From NCBI GenBank assembly GCA_964016885.1, contig OZ024741.1, positions 267,778,001 through 267,842,000 of the forward strand: a stretch of DNA of 64,000 bases, in the 5' to 3' direction. Below are positions 19,360 through 33,125 of this stretch, in pieces. The position numbers were made by a program, and so were the translations under genes. Source of the DNA: Eledone cirrhosa. Lineage: Eukaryota. Under the pieces are notes generated by a model, which saw nothing but the letters and a program-made list of their open reading frames with translations, ran no database searches and was not told the origin of the DNA. Each line of letters opens with the position of its first letter. The first letter of the stretch is position 1.

Positions 19360-19559
19360 NNNNNNNNNNNNNNNNNNNNNNNNNNNNNNNNNNNNNNNNN
19401 NNNNNNNNNNNNNNNNNNNNNNNNNNNNNNNNNNNNNNNNNNNNNNNNNNNNNNNNNNNNNNNNNNNNNNNNNNNNNNNNNNNNNNNNNNNNNNNNNNNN
19501 NNNNNNNNNNNNNNNNNNNNNNNNNNNNNNNNNNNNNNNNNNNNNNNNNNNNNNNNNNN
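19360..19559. other. Assembly gap (200 N)
   Basis: Run of N. Confidence 1.
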
Positions 19560-19632
19560 ATATAATATATATGTTGATTTAAAACTTGCACTATTCACAA
19601 GTGTTTTTTTAACCTTCATATCATGTCTCCAC

Positions 19633-19701
19633 ATTTTATCTGACGAAAACGCAAATGTTATTGCATGATGATATTTGTTTTTGAAATGCGCATAATAAAA
19701 T
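19633..19701 (+). ncRNA. Type I hammerhead ribozyme
   Basis: auuuuau-CUGACGA-(stem II containing caaauguua/ugauauuug)-GAAA-ugcgc-AUA-auaaaau; 7-bp stem I; palindromic stem III AUGCGCAU. Confidence 0.78.
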
Positions 19702-19861
19702 ACATGGAACTCTTTTAACCATCTTTTGATCTTATATATTATTTAAACTCCAGTCCTACAAACTGTAGTGTGCTACATATACGATATCTGCATTGCTTTA
19801 TTGTACTACAATAAAACTCACCTCCTATATATATATATATATAAATGAAAGGTTTAGAAAA

Positions 19862-19932
<71 letters not shown>

Positions 19933-19965
19933 AGGGGGGGGGGGAGAGAGAGAGGGAGAGAGAGA

Positions 19966-20308
19966 GAGGCACATGGCTTAGTGGTTAGAGCATTGGCCTT
20001 GCAATCGAAAGGTTGTGAGTTCAATTCTCAGACCGGGTGATGTGTTGTTTCTGTGTTGTTTCCTTGAGCAAGACACTTTATTTCACATTGCTCCAGTTTA
20101 CCCAGCTGTAGAAATGAGATGATAGGACTGGGGTCCATATCATTCCACTGCAAAGTGGTCGTGGAGGTGCCACGGCAAAAAAGCACCCAGCACTGGGTAA
20201 ATGAGGTTGGTGTTAGGAAGGGCATCCAGCTGTAGAAATCAAGCCAGAATCAGTTCCTGTCCCACCCTTGCAAGCAAGGAAAAGCGGACGTAAAATGATG
20301 ATGATGAT
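19966..20308 (+). mobile_element. tRNA-derived SINE (family 1) with CORE-like centre and RTE-derived tail
   Basis: A box TGGCTTAGTGG, B box GTTCAATTC, TTCCTTGAGCAAGACACTT, tail GGACGTAAAATGATGATG; copies at 23052 and 29550. Confidence 0.9.
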
Positions 20309-20428
20309 AGACATATATATATATATATAGTGGTGGAACACTGGGAGGTAATATCCGTAGTGGCAGAGCACTCAGTCCATGGGACGAGTTAGGTAGAAGT
20401 GGTTACACAACAGTTAGTTCACCATACC

Positions 20429-20464
20429 GAGAACAATTGTTTCACATTAGCGGATCCTCACCTT
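20429..20464 (-). ncRNA. Hammerhead motif in inverted pLTR, probably inactive
   Basis: Minus strand aag-GUGAGGA-uccgcuaaugu-GAAAC-aauu-GUU-cuc (C3->G). Confidence 0.6.
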
Positions 20465-22438
20465 GTAATGGGCATGGTTATAGGAACAGGAAGGACAACC
20501 GTATGAACGCACATGCGCAGAAACCCGGTCGCTTCACACAGGCAATACTAGAATGCGTGCAAGAGGTGTAAGGGAGATAACTGCGAAAGTCCGAAAAGAA
20601 GGCTAACCCTATGGCCTACCACGACAATAATACAGAAGCCAAAGAACTTGCCGCCGACCTTAAGGTAGATAAGAAGCTACAATATCTAGCTAAGCGGGAG
20701 GCGTTCCTCACCCTGAAAGATCATAAGGTAGACTTTACTTCTAACCCCACATGTAGACTAATAAACCCGGCATGCACAGATATGGGACTAGTCAGTAAGG
20801 CCATACTTAGAAACATAGTTAAGACCATTAGGACCAAGTCCAACCTGTCCCAGTGGGAGAACAGCAACTCCATAATTAAGTGGTTTAACTCCTTAAAATC
20901 CAAAAAAGCAAAGTTCACACAGTTTGACATTGTTGATTTTTACCCGTCAATCTCAGAGACCCTGTTAATCAAAGCGTTGGACTTCGCTACCCCTTACACC
21001 ACCGTCGATGGTTTAGACAGGGAAATCATCACTCACTGCCGGAAAACGACGGAGTAGCCTGGGCAAAGAAGTCTACATCTTCAGACCTATTCGACGTCTC
21101 CATGGGATCGTTTGACAGTGCTGACGTATGTGACTTGGTTGGCCTTTTTATCTTAGACATATTACGTGTTAGATTCCCGGACTTCCTCACGGGAATATAC
21201 TGTGATGATGGACTGACTTTATCGAGCCATAAAAGTGGTCACGACCTCGACCGGTTTAAAAAAGACTTAACTTCTACCTTCAATGAGTTAGGACTTAGGA
21301 TAACAGTAGCCACCAACCTCTCTAGCGTAGATTTCTTAAACATTAATTTAGACCTTCGCACGCACACCCACAGACCCTTCGATAAGCTAAACGAAAAACT
21401 CAATTACATTCACAAGGACTCATGCCACCCTCCCACTGTTTTTAGAAACTTTGTAAATAATATCAGTACTAGAATCTCAAACCTCTCCTCTAATAAGGCT
21501 ATCTTTGACAGGGCGGCACTCTACTATAACACGGCGTTAGCTAACAGCGGCTTCTCACAACCTATCACTTACTCTCCCACTATCAACAACAGCAATAAGA
21601 AAAGTAAGCACAACAATAGACAAACTATCTGGTTCTCTCCTCCCTTCTCACTCAATGTTAAAACCAATGTAGGAAAAAATTTTTTAGCCCTCTTAGATAG
21701 ACACTTTACCATAGGTCATAAATACCGCTCCATCTTTAACCAACACAAAGTTAAACTAGGATACTCCTGTGCTAAGAACATGAAGGCCCACATCACCAGC
21801 AGCCCTAGGAGCAACACCTCACCAGGGTGCTCTTGCCGTAAGCCTGAAGCTTGCCCCCTCAACAGCAATGCAACACACCAGCTGTAATTTATGAAGCTGT
21901 GGTCACTTCCAACCGACCAAACCAACCACAGGAGGTCAAATCCTATGTGGCTATGGCGGAGGGCCGATTCAAGGAGCGTTTCCTGAACCACCAGTCTACC
22001 TTCAGATATCCAGACAGACGTTCATCCACGAAACTCGCGAGCCACGTATGGTCCCTCAAGGACTCAAGTATAGGGTATTCCATTCAATGGAAAGCCATCA
22101 CTAAGTCCAAGCCATACGCAGGGGGAAATCCGACGTGTGGCTTATGTATTGATGAACGAATAACTATTCTAAACAGATTATGCAATAGTGATTCCCTAAA
22201 CACGAGAAATGAATTTTTCACACGTTGTCTACACGTCTCCAAACACCTATTGCATAACTACAAAGCTCCGGATTGAATCATTGTAATTTTCTTATCAACT
22301 AAAAACTTTTCGGACTTTCACAGTTATCTCCCTTACACCTCTCGCACGCATTCTAGTATTGCCTGTGTGAAGTGACCGGGTTTCTCGCATGCATGTTCGT
22401 AAGGTTGTCCTTCCTGTTCCTATAACCATGCCCATTAT

Positions 22439-22474
22439 GAGCTGAGGATCCGCTAAGGTGAAACAATTGTTCTC
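22439..22474 (+). ncRNA. Type I minimal hammerhead ribozyme in Penelope 3' pLTR
   Basis: gag-CUGAGGA-uccgcuaaggu-GAAAC-aauu-GUU-cuc; palindromic stem III AACAAUUGUU. Confidence 0.82.
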
Positions 22475-22902
22475 GGTATGGTGAACTAACTGTTGTGTAA
22501 CCACTTCTATATATATATATAGACATATATATATATATATATATATATATGTCTATATATACATATAGACATATATATATACATATAAATATATATACAT
22601 ATAGACATATATATATATATATAAATATAAGAGAGTATTGAAGTTCGTTTGAAGCATTGTCGAATAATAAGGTATATTTCTTTAAGTCGTTTAGGAAGCC
22701 CCAACAATGCAGATGGGTAAATCTCCGGGTAACAAGATCCGATGGAGAGAGATGTAAGTGGGTGTACGTTGAGATGCGTGGCGTGTAGAAGAATGTAGGA
22801 AAGAGCGTAAAGGATAAAAATAACAACACGAGATAGAGTTACCTTGGAAGAGATTTAATTGTCCCTATATATTTCGGATTCACAGCCATCAACTGGAGGG
22901 TT

Positions 22903-23040
22903 TTTCCGGGGGGGTAAAAGTTCTCTGTCGGAAAGGTGCGAATCGTGTCCTCCGCTGTTTGTTGTTTTGAATATTCAAAACAACGAACAGCGGAGGACAC
23001 GTTTCGCACCTTTCTGACAGACAACCCCCCCCCTCGGAAA
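22903..23040. repeat. Imperfect ~140-bp palindrome centred on GAATATTC (~22972)
   Basis: TGTCGGAAAGGTGCGAATCGTGTCCTCCGCTGTT...AACAGCGGAGGACACGTTTCGCACCTTTCTGACA. Confidence 0.85.
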
Positions 23041-23051
23041 AAGAGAGAGAG

Positions 23052-23408
23052 AGAGGCACATGGCACATGGCTTAGTAGTTAGAGCATTGGCCTTGCAATC
23101 GAAAGGTTGTGAGTTCAATTCTCAGACTGGGTGATGTGTTGTTTCCTTGAGCAAGACACTTTATTTCACATTGCTCCAATTTACTCAGCTGAAGAATTGA
23201 GGTGATAGGACTGGGGTCCCTATCATTCCACTGCAAATTGGTCGTGGAGGTGCCACGGCAAAAAGCACCCAGCCCACTCTCTAAAAGTGGACGTGTAGGC
23301 GCCATGGAAAAAAAAGCACCCACCACTCACTGTAAATGAGGTTGGTGTTAGGAAGGGCATTCAGCTGTAGAAATCAAGCTAAAATCAGTTCCCATCCCAC
23401 CCTTGCAA
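23052..23408 (+). mobile_element. SINE family 1 copy, tail truncated
   Basis: High similarity to 19966-20308. Confidence 0.9.
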
Positions 23409-23489
23409 TCATATATATAAATATATAAATATATATATAGATATATATATACGAGTATATATAGACCTATATATATAAATATATAGATA

Positions 23490-24428
23490 TATGTTTGTTG
23501 CATACATTAATGACATAGATGCAAACTTAAAGAATGCCACAGTACTGAAATATGCAGATGACATCAAGCTGTACCTTGAAATCAAAAGGACAGATCCTGA
23601 AATCTATAAATAACTCTTTCCTACAATCAGACCTGGACACAATGCAGCAATGGATCACAGACTGGCAACTGAAGCTGGCTGTGGACAAGTGTACCACCAT
23701 GCATTTTGGACAAAGCACATCTCTAAAATTGTCAAGAAGGCCGAGGGTGTCTTGGCATCACTCAGCAAGACCTTTGTTATCCGCTCTCCAGCCATCTATT
23801 TAAAGCTGTATACAGCTATGGTACGACCGCACTTGGAATTCGCATCATCAGTCTAGAACCCCTATCTTGCTCAGAACATTGACCTCCTGGAAACTGTTCA
23901 GAGACGTGCAACCAAGCGCATACCCTCCATCAGACATCTACCATATTCTGAATGCCTTGCTTCCCTGGGCATGGATTCATTGAAGCTCCGACGTCTGGCA
24001 ATGGGCTTGGTAAACACCAACAAACTTATTAACCATCTCGCCAACAACAACCCTGAGCACCTTTTGATCTCCATGTGTCTAACACACGTGGACATGCCTA
24101 CAAAGTCAGAAAATAGCACAGCTCCCATTACTTTCGGAAACATTTTTCATGCTTAGAGTTACTGAAGCATGGAACAAACTGCCTGTGTCAGTGGTTAGCT
24201 GCCGAGACACTGCATCCTTTAAAACCCTCATGCTTCCTGAAATTCGCTAAAACTACACCTGCTGTCTCCCTTCCATACACATGCACACATGACTCATGCA
24301 CTGTTCATTTTCCTGACGTTTGCACATTACCTATCTACTATACATACACTTTTGATGAATTGTAGTTCACCTGAGCACTGTACACAATATTTTCATTATT
24401 ATTATTATTTCATTATTATTATTATTAT
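23490..24428 (+). mobile_element. CR1-type LINE 3' fragment (degenerate) with (ATT)n tail
   Basis: KYADDIKLY, LQSDLDTMQQWITDWQLKL, LYTAMVRPHLEFASSV, ETVQRRATK; 3' UTR CACCTGAGCACTGTACACAATA. Confidence 0.85.
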
Positions 24429-24467
24429 ATATATATACATATATAGACATATATATATAAATATATA

Positions 24468-24505
<38 letters not shown>

Positions 24506-24913
24506 TTATATATATATATATATATAAGTGGAAGCTAAGTAAAATCGAAGCTTTGGGTGTGGCCAAGCAAAGTCGACCTACAATAAGGAATGAGTAGCAA
24601 AGCACTCAATAAGGGTAGGTCCTTAGAGTAATAATATTACATTTAAATAGCTTGACAAATTGAAAATTGCGGTAGGCAAAACCCAACCATACAATACCAA
24701 AACAACGAAAGAACAAATCAGATTAAAACAACACACCTGGACAGATCGAACAATATTCTGCAATACGTCCGATATGTTTCTATGAATCCGAAATCATCTA
24801 TGCAACTTACGTAGCACGTAAGCTTCTGGTATGACATGATCAAACAGGGACTCACTTCATCGACAGGATATATATAGACAGACATATATACATCAATGTA
24901 TAGACACACACAT

Positions 24914-26475
24914 GAAAAGTACCTAGCTAAAAGTAAGCCACTCTACTTGGCATTTGTCGACTTGAGAAAGCCTTTGACAGAGTTCACGTGCAGTAATCTG
25001 GTGGGCTCTTAGAAAACTAGGATTAGATGAATGGCTTGTGAAAGCGGTACAAGCCATGTATAGGGGAGCAGTCAGCAAAGTTAGGATTGGCAATGAGTAT
25101 AGCGAGGATTTAGCGTACAGGTTGGGGTCCACCAGGGCTCTGTTCTTAGCCCTCTCCTGTTCATCATAGTCCTGCAGGCAATAACGGAGGAGTTTAAGAC
25201 CGGATGCCCATGGGAACTCCTGTATGCTGATGACCTCGCACTCATAGCTGAATCTATGGTAGAACTAGAGAATAAATTCCAAACCTGGAAGCAGGGACTA
25301 GAGAGAAAGGGCCTCAAAGTCAACATGACAAAGACTAAGGTCCATATAAGTAGACGAGAAAACAGAACCCAGATCCCCTCAGGGAAATGGCCTTGCTCAG
25401 TATGTAGGAAAGGTGTAGGTAGGAACTCCATTCTTTGCCCCAAATGCAAACAATGGGTACACAAGAGATGTAGCGGGATCTCAGGAAGCTTAATTAAGAA
25501 TGTAGGATTCACATGCAGCAGCTGTGCTGAAACAGCAAGCAAACAGCCACAGGAAACAAGTACCACCAATCTCTGGGAGGGCCCTGTAGAAACAGTAGAC
25601 AGCTTCTGCTACCTAGGTGACCGAATTAGCAACGGAGGTGGGTGCTCAGAAAGTACAATAACTAGGGTAAGAACGGGATGGAAGAAGTTTAGGGAACTAC
25701 TACCACTTGCTAGCTGCAAAAGGCTTCTCCTCAGAATGAAAGGCAGACTGTATGATGCGTGTATCCGAACAGCGATGTTGCATGGTAGTGAGACCTGGGC
25801 GCTGAAGGTGGAAGACTTACGTAGATTAGAGAGAAACGAAGCCTGCATGCTCCGATGGATGTGTAACAGTAATATACGTGAACGACAAAGCATAAATGAA
25901 TTGAGAGAGAGACTGAGCATAAGAGGAATCAAATGCTGCGTGCAGGAGAGGCGGTTACGCTGGTATGGACATGTGATGCGTATGAAGGATGACAGCTGCA
26001 TAAAAAGGTGCAGAGCACTAGAAGCTGATGGAAACCGCGGAGTGGGGAGACCCAAGATGACTTGGGATGAGGTGATAAAAGCCGACCTTACCCAACTACA
26101 CCTCTCAAAGTCAAGACACACGACCGTGACTTCTGGCGTCACGCAGTAATACAGGGTACCCGACCTCCCATGGGTACATGCTGAAGCATATAAACAATAT
26201 GCCCCCCCCCCCCCCACCGCAAGGTGGTCGTGGAGGTGCCACGGCAAAAAGCACCCAGCCCACACTGTAAAGTGGACGTGTAGGCGCCACGAAAAAGCAC
26301 CAGCACTCACTGTAAATGAGGTTGGTGTTAGGAAGGGCATCCAGCTGTAGAAATCAAGCCAGATCAGTTCCTGTATGAGCAAGGCATGGTCAGCCGACCA
26401 AGACACTGCCACAACAGGACAACCCGTATAACCCATGCTAGCGTGGAAGAACGGACGTAAAACGGTGATGATGAT
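24914..26475 (+). mobile_element. RTE family A copy starting at RT codon E-K-Y-L-A-K; frameshifted
   Basis: [26 protein letters not shown]4HC3 insert, 3' UTR and (GAT)n tail. Confidence 0.92.
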
Positions 26476-26620
26476 ATATATATATACATGTAAAGTTATA
26501 TTTAAAATTGTTAGGTTACAACTAGTAAATATTTATAACTGATATAAAAGCACTCGACAAATATTTGGAGTATATTTACAATATTAAATAAATGGAAAAC
26601 TATATTTATAAAACCATATT

Positions 26621-26686
26621 TATTTCATTATATATATTTCGGGGATATCATATTAACAATATGCTATGCCTTCATCAGACAAAATA
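26621..26686 (-). ncRNA. Type I hammerhead ribozyme (left arm)
   Basis: Reverse complement of 26844-26909. Confidence 0.72.
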
Positions 26687-26843
26687 CAATATAAACAGTT
26701 TTATAGATAAATATATTCGACATACCGTAATAAACATCAACTTCATTTAAAGAGGTTTAGTCTGCTAGACTAAACCTCTTCAAATGAAGTTGATGTTTAT
26801 TACGGTATGTCGAATATATTTATCTATAAAACTGTTTATATTG

Positions 26844-26909
26844 TATTTTGTCTGATGAAGGCATAGCATATTGTTAATATGATATCCCCGAAATATATAT
26901 AATGAAATA
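26844..26909 (+). ncRNA. Type I hammerhead ribozyme (right arm)
   Basis: uauuuugu-CUGAUGA-(long imperfect stem II)-GAAA-uauau-AUA-augaaaua; 8-bp stem I with 2 GU pairs. Confidence 0.72.
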
Positions 26910-27056
26910 AATATGGTTTTATAAATATAGTTTTCCATTTATTTAATATTATATATATATATTATATATATATATATAGATATATATACACAGGCATATA
27001 TATATATCAATATATAGACAGGGTGCTCTTGCCGTAAGCCTGAAGCTTTCCCCCTT

Positions 27057-28060
<1,004 letters not shown>

Positions 28061-28062
28061 GT

Positions 28063-28311
28063 ATTCTAGTTTGTAAGAAAGAAAATAAGGCGGTGGTCCC
28101 TTCCGGGAAGTGGCCATGCTCAGTGTGTAGGAAAGGCGTAGGTAGAAACTCCATTTTGTGTCCCAAATGCAAAGTATGGGTGCATAAAAGATGTAGTGGG
28201 ATCACAGGTAAGCTAACTAAGAACATAGATTTTATATGTGGCCGGTGCTCTGGTGCAATAAGTAGCAGCAAGTGCCCACAAAATACTAGCTCTTTCAACT
28301 GCGCAGAGGGT
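28063..28311 (+). mobile_element. Internal fragment of RTE family C (essentially the PHD-like insert) within (TA)n
   Basis: Near-identical to ~45785-46033; no tail. Confidence 0.88.
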
Positions 28312-28429
28312 TATATAGACATGTATAGACATATATATATATATATATAGGCATATATAGACATGTATAGACATATATATATATATATATAGGCATATAT
28401 AGACATATATAGACATATACATATATATA

Positions 28430-28471
<42 letters not shown>

Positions 28472-28610
28472 TGCATATATAAATATATGGATATATATAT
28501 ATATAGACATATATATATAAATATATAGACATATATATATATAGACATATAAATATATATATATCATCATCATTTTACGTTCACCTTTCCCTGCTTGCAA
28601 GGGTGGGACG

Positions 28611-28645
<35 letters not shown>

Positions 28646-29032
28646 CACATATATAGACATATATATATATATAGACATATTACGTCCTCTAGAATGGAAT
28701 TAGCTATCTGAAGAGCTGATCTTTCCGCTGGAAATTCTCTGAATTTCCAATCCTTTAGAAGATAAATAAATACCAGGGATTGTCCGGCCGCTTCCACGTT
28801 GCATCGGTCACTGCCGAGACCTGAGGCGCACTTAGGCACTTAGACCCCTTATGTTTGCTTGTTCCGCTCATCTCAATTTTATAGTTCTAGTATCTCAAAT
28901 TAGTACCATTGAACAACAAATGTATTATGGACACCCTATATATTTCCGTAGGTACATATATATGTCTATATATATATGTCTCTCTCTCTATATATATATA
29001 TATACATATATATATATCATATATATATATAT

Positions 29033-29099
<67 letters not shown>

Positions 29100-29549
29100 T
29101 ATATATATATATCTCCACAAAGAGAGAGAGGGAGATGTAAAATCTTAACCAGGACACCAAGCAGTTTTGCTGCTGTTGGGAGTTTACATATATCTATACC
29201 CACTCTGCATCTACCCATACATTGAGTACTCCCATGACTAGTGGTTGCCTTGCTCTCAGCACTGCAGACTCTCTCTTTCCCTCTCTCTCGCTGTATATAT
29301 ATATATAAATACACACACACACATATACATATATATGTACACATACATACATATATATATATATACATACACATATATATATACACACACACATATATAT
29401 ATATATACACACATACATATATATATACACATACATATATATATATACACATACATATATATGTACATATATATATATATATATATAAGTACACATACAT
29501 ATATATATGTACACATATATATATAAACATATATATATATATATATAAT

Positions 29550-29886
29550 GGAGGCACATGGCTTAGTGGTTAGAGCATTGGCCTTGCAATCGAAAGGTTG
29601 TGAGTTCAATTCTCAGACCGGGTGATGTGTTGTTTCCTTGAGCAAGACACTTTATTTCACATTGCTCCAGTTTACTCAGCTGTAGAAATGAGATGATAGG
29701 GACTGGGGTCCCTATCATTCCACTGCAAAGTGGTCGTGGAGGTGCCACGGCAAAAAAGCACCCAGCACTCACTGTAAATGAGGTTGGTGTTAGGAAGGGC
29801 ATCCAGCTGTAGAAATCAAGCCAGAATCAGTTCCCGTCCCACCCTTGCAAGCAGGGAAAAAGCGGACGTAAAATGAAATGAATGAT
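29550..29886 (+). mobile_element. SINE family 1 copy
   Basis: A/B boxes and RTE tail as at 19966. Confidence 0.9.
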
Positions 29887-29904
29887 ACACACACATACAC
29901 AATA

Positions 29905-30090
29905 ATCATCATCATCATCATCGTTTAACGTCCATCTTCCACGCTAGCATTGGTTTGGACGGGAGTTGTCCCACTTGAGGCAAGATTGGTTGTCTTGCTC
30001 GTATAGGACTGTCTGGCAGGTTTTCTACGGCTTGATGCCCTTCCTAACACCAACCACATTTACAGTGTGGAAGGCATTTACAGTGTGGAA
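29905..30090 (-). mobile_element. RTE family C 3' UTR fragment
   Basis: Reverse complement of ~46850-47020. Confidence 0.85.
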
Positions 30091-30309
30091 TACATATATA
30101 TATATACATATATATATACATATATATATATACACATATATATATATACACACATATATATATATACATATATATACACATACATATATACATATATATA
30201 TATACACATACATATATATACATATATATATACACATACATATATACACATACATATATATATACACATACATATATACACATACATATATATACATACA
30301 TATATATAC

Positions 30310-30346
<37 letters not shown>

Positions 30347-30457
30347 CATATATACACATATACATAGTTATATATATATATATACATGTACACACACAGT
30401 TATATATATATATATATATATATACACATACACACACATATACATACATATATATAT

Positions 30458-30488
<31 letters not shown>

Positions 30489-30515
30489 CATACATATACA
30501 TACATACACACACAC

Positions 30516-30547
<32 letters not shown>

Positions 30548-30660
30548 TATATATACATATACACACACACACATACACATATATACACACACACACACAT
30601 ACATATATACACACATACATACACATATATACACACACACAAATACACACACACACATAT
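30091..30660. repeat. (TA)/(CA) compound microsatellite
   Basis: Directly visible; similar array at 29295-29546. Confidence 0.95.
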
Positions 30661-31326
30661 AGTTGCTCACTCATTCAATCTCAGAACTATCTGAATACTC
30701 TGTAAACATAGAGGAGAAACTCCTGAGTAATAGGCCACTGATTGATATAGGTGCTTACTCTGGGACACACTGTTTAAGTATAAAGAAAGAAACTTTATCA
30801 AGTACACTTGCCTTGTTGGTTTGAAACTTGACCTATATTATATATAGGGTGGTGTGTCTGATTGCATGAAATAAGATATATTAGGAGAAGTTCTTTGAAT
30901 GTATTGCTAGATGAAAAGTGAGCAGTGAATGTGGTGTTATTTCTGTGGAATACTGCTCTTATAATGTGGAAAGTGATAGAAGGCTAAACAATGCGGAATG
31001 GATGGTAAAATGAAGGTAACGAAAAACTTAGTTATCTGGTAATTTTTGTTTTTCTGTCTTCAGAGTATAAGGAACTCTTAGAGAAAAATGTTCCGGTTTC
31101 TTCTCTTTGGAATTAAATTTAGATTTAAATTTTATAAACCGCTTTCAAGTGTTGTTTGATGTTTGCTTTGTTATTCACAAGAAGTTGATGGATGATGTCA
31201 ATTGCTGATGTAGTATTGCATGGAATCAATTTTCTTTTTAACAATGTCCGTTGTTAAATTAACTGTTTAGAATAATACTAATGCCATTCATTAACTGAAT
31301 AATTTATATTACTTTACTTTATAAGA

Positions 31327-32055
31327 GGGTGGTGGATTGGCAGTATCGGTAGAGAGTCGGACACCATGCTTTGAAGCATAGAGTTACGTCCCTTTATGAT
31401 CTGAGTTCAAATCCCGCCGAGGTTAACTTTGCCTTTCATTCTTACGGGGGTCGATAAAATAAAGTACCAGTAATGTACTGGGTAATTGCTGGCCTTGTGC
31501 CTAAAATAGAAACCATTATTTTACTTCAAACTTGCCATGTGTTTAACACCTGTGGACATGCTTACAAAATCGGAAAACAGCAGAGTTCCCATGACTTTCA
31601 GAAACATTTTTTCACACTCAGAGTTGCTGAAGCATGGAGCAAACTATCTGCATCAGTTGATAGCTGTTAGGAGACTGCATCCTTCAAAACCTCCATGCTT
31701 CCCCAAATTCGCCAACATTACACCTGATATTCCCCCTCCATACACACGCAAGTATGTCTCTGTGAGTATATCATGACTCATACACTGTTCACTTTCCTGA
31801 CATTTGAACATTATTCTATGCACCTTTGATGAGTTGTGGTGCTCCTGAGCACTATACACAATAATGTTCATTATTATTATTGGCAGTATCGGTAGAGGGT
31901 CGGATGCCATGCATAGAGTTACGGCCCTTATCATTCTGAGTTCAAATCCCGCCGAGGTTAACTTTGCCTTTCATCCTTACGGGGTCGATAAAATATAGTA
32001 CCAGTAATGTACTGGGTAATTGCTGGCCTTGTGCCAAAAGTAGAAACAATTATTA
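31327..32055 (+). mobile_element. Two SINE family 2 copies (31327-31520, 31878-32055) flanking a CR1 3' fragment (~31525-31878)
   Basis: GAGTTCAAATCCCGCCGAGGTTAACTTTGCCTTTCATCCTTACGGGGTCGATAAAAT(A)AGTACCAG; middle segment similar to 24060-24420. Confidence 0.85.
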
Positions 32056-32471
32056 TAATGAAGCCGTTCACCCTGCCAACACACAATGAACAACAGAAAC
32101 AACTCTAAAGAATATGATCCAATCACACTCCAAAACATAAAAATGCTTAATTGCAAGATAAAAAAAGATGATAAATAAACTGTCTATATATCTTTTTCTA
32201 CCTCACTACACTCACACACACTCCTTCATAAATATCCCCACCTTCTCAATATCAATAGTACTTTCAAAGTGCATCCCCTCACATATTTTAGAACTGCACC
32301 ACTGTATATATATATGGGGGGAGGGGTATGTATATATATATATATATCTGTGTAGAATTTGAAGTTTTGATCATTTAATGATCACCTCTAGGTTGTGTTG
32401 TTTAGTTTCAGGTCAATACTGATTGAGTAAATTTATATTCAAAGATGTTCCAATTGAGATAGATTGTAATG

Positions 32472-32561
<90 letters not shown>

Positions 32562-32852
32562 ATAATAATAAAATTGAAGACTAAAATCCAAAGAGGGCTC
32601 GATAAGGAAAATATATATCAGATATATAAGAACCGAAGAGCAAAGTAAGGGTGAAAGCAGCGATTCTTTGCTTAAACTTTAATCTGTTATTTTAATAAAT
32701 ATATATATATATATATTCTTTTCCTTTTTCAACAAGCATGAAATTAATGAGACTTTGCATCTGTGTTTACATTTTTTAGTCATGAACTATCATTTTCATT
32801 GCAGTTTCATATCCAATGTATGTATGTGTGTGTGTACGTGTGTGTGTATACA

Positions 32853-33125
32853 TGGAAGCACATGGCCTAGTGGTAAGGGTGTTACTATAACGTTGTAGGT
32901 TCAATTCCTAGACTGGGTTATGTGTTGTGTTCTTGAGCAAAACATCATTTCATGTTGTTCCAGTATACTCAACTGAAAATGAGTATCAGCAATAATTGGG
33001 AGTTTAATCCTGCGATGGACTGGTGTCCTATCCAGAGGGGAGTATTGTACTCTCAGTCACTTAATGCCATGGAAACCGGGATAAGCACCGGCCTGATGAG
33101 CTTCTGGGCTTGAGACAGACTTTAG
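32853..33125 (+). mobile_element. Diverged tRNA-derived SINE with CORE-like centre and a different 3' domain
   Basis: TGGCCTAGTGG, GGTTCAATTCC, GTTCTTGAGCAA, CCTGCGATGGACTGGTGTCCTATCCAG...GGAAACCGGGATAAGC. Confidence 0.75.

Larger units (their letters stand above)
20329..22508 (+). mobile_element. Penelope-like element (Naiad-type) with inverted 5' pLTR (20329-20598), RT + GIY-YIG (frameshifted, internal deletion ~21050) and 3' pLTR
   Basis: TLKDHK...CRLINP, FDIVDFYPSI, MGSFDSADVCDLVG, IYCDDGL, VIY...YVAMAE; 20393-20598 is the reverse complement of ~22303-22508. Confidence 0.92.
26580..26950. repeat. Near-perfect palindrome (184-bp arms, 3-nt loop at 26764-26766), Penelope pLTR-derived
   Basis: Arms are reverse complements with one mismatch seen (26749); one hammerhead in each arm. 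Confidence 0.92.

Noticed and set aside
19966-20040. tRNA gene (also 23052, 29550, 32853, 63898)
   Set aside because: A/B boxes present but anticodon and acceptor stems do not pair, and the sequence continues into a SINE body
21102-22276. Selenocysteine recoding as in some Naiad PLEs
   Set aside because: Conserved Cys positions are Cys codons; no in-frame TGA other than the terminal stop; no clear SECIS
24760-24870. Minus-strand hammerhead-like string (gucc-CUGUUUGA...GAAAC-aua-UC-ggac)
   Set aside because: Core box non-canonical and stem III mismatched; at best a decayed relic in a pLTR-like remnant related to 63400-63600
28700-28750. CTGAAGA...GAAATTC hammerhead candidate
   Set aside because: No stem I partner and stem II does not close
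30680-32670. Very degenerate hammerhead-like strings at ~30690 and ~32630
   Set aside because: Two or more core changes plus imperfect stems; cannot be told from chance
33090-33120. CTGATGA in SINE tail
   Set aside because: Followed by GAGAC not GAAA; no stem I
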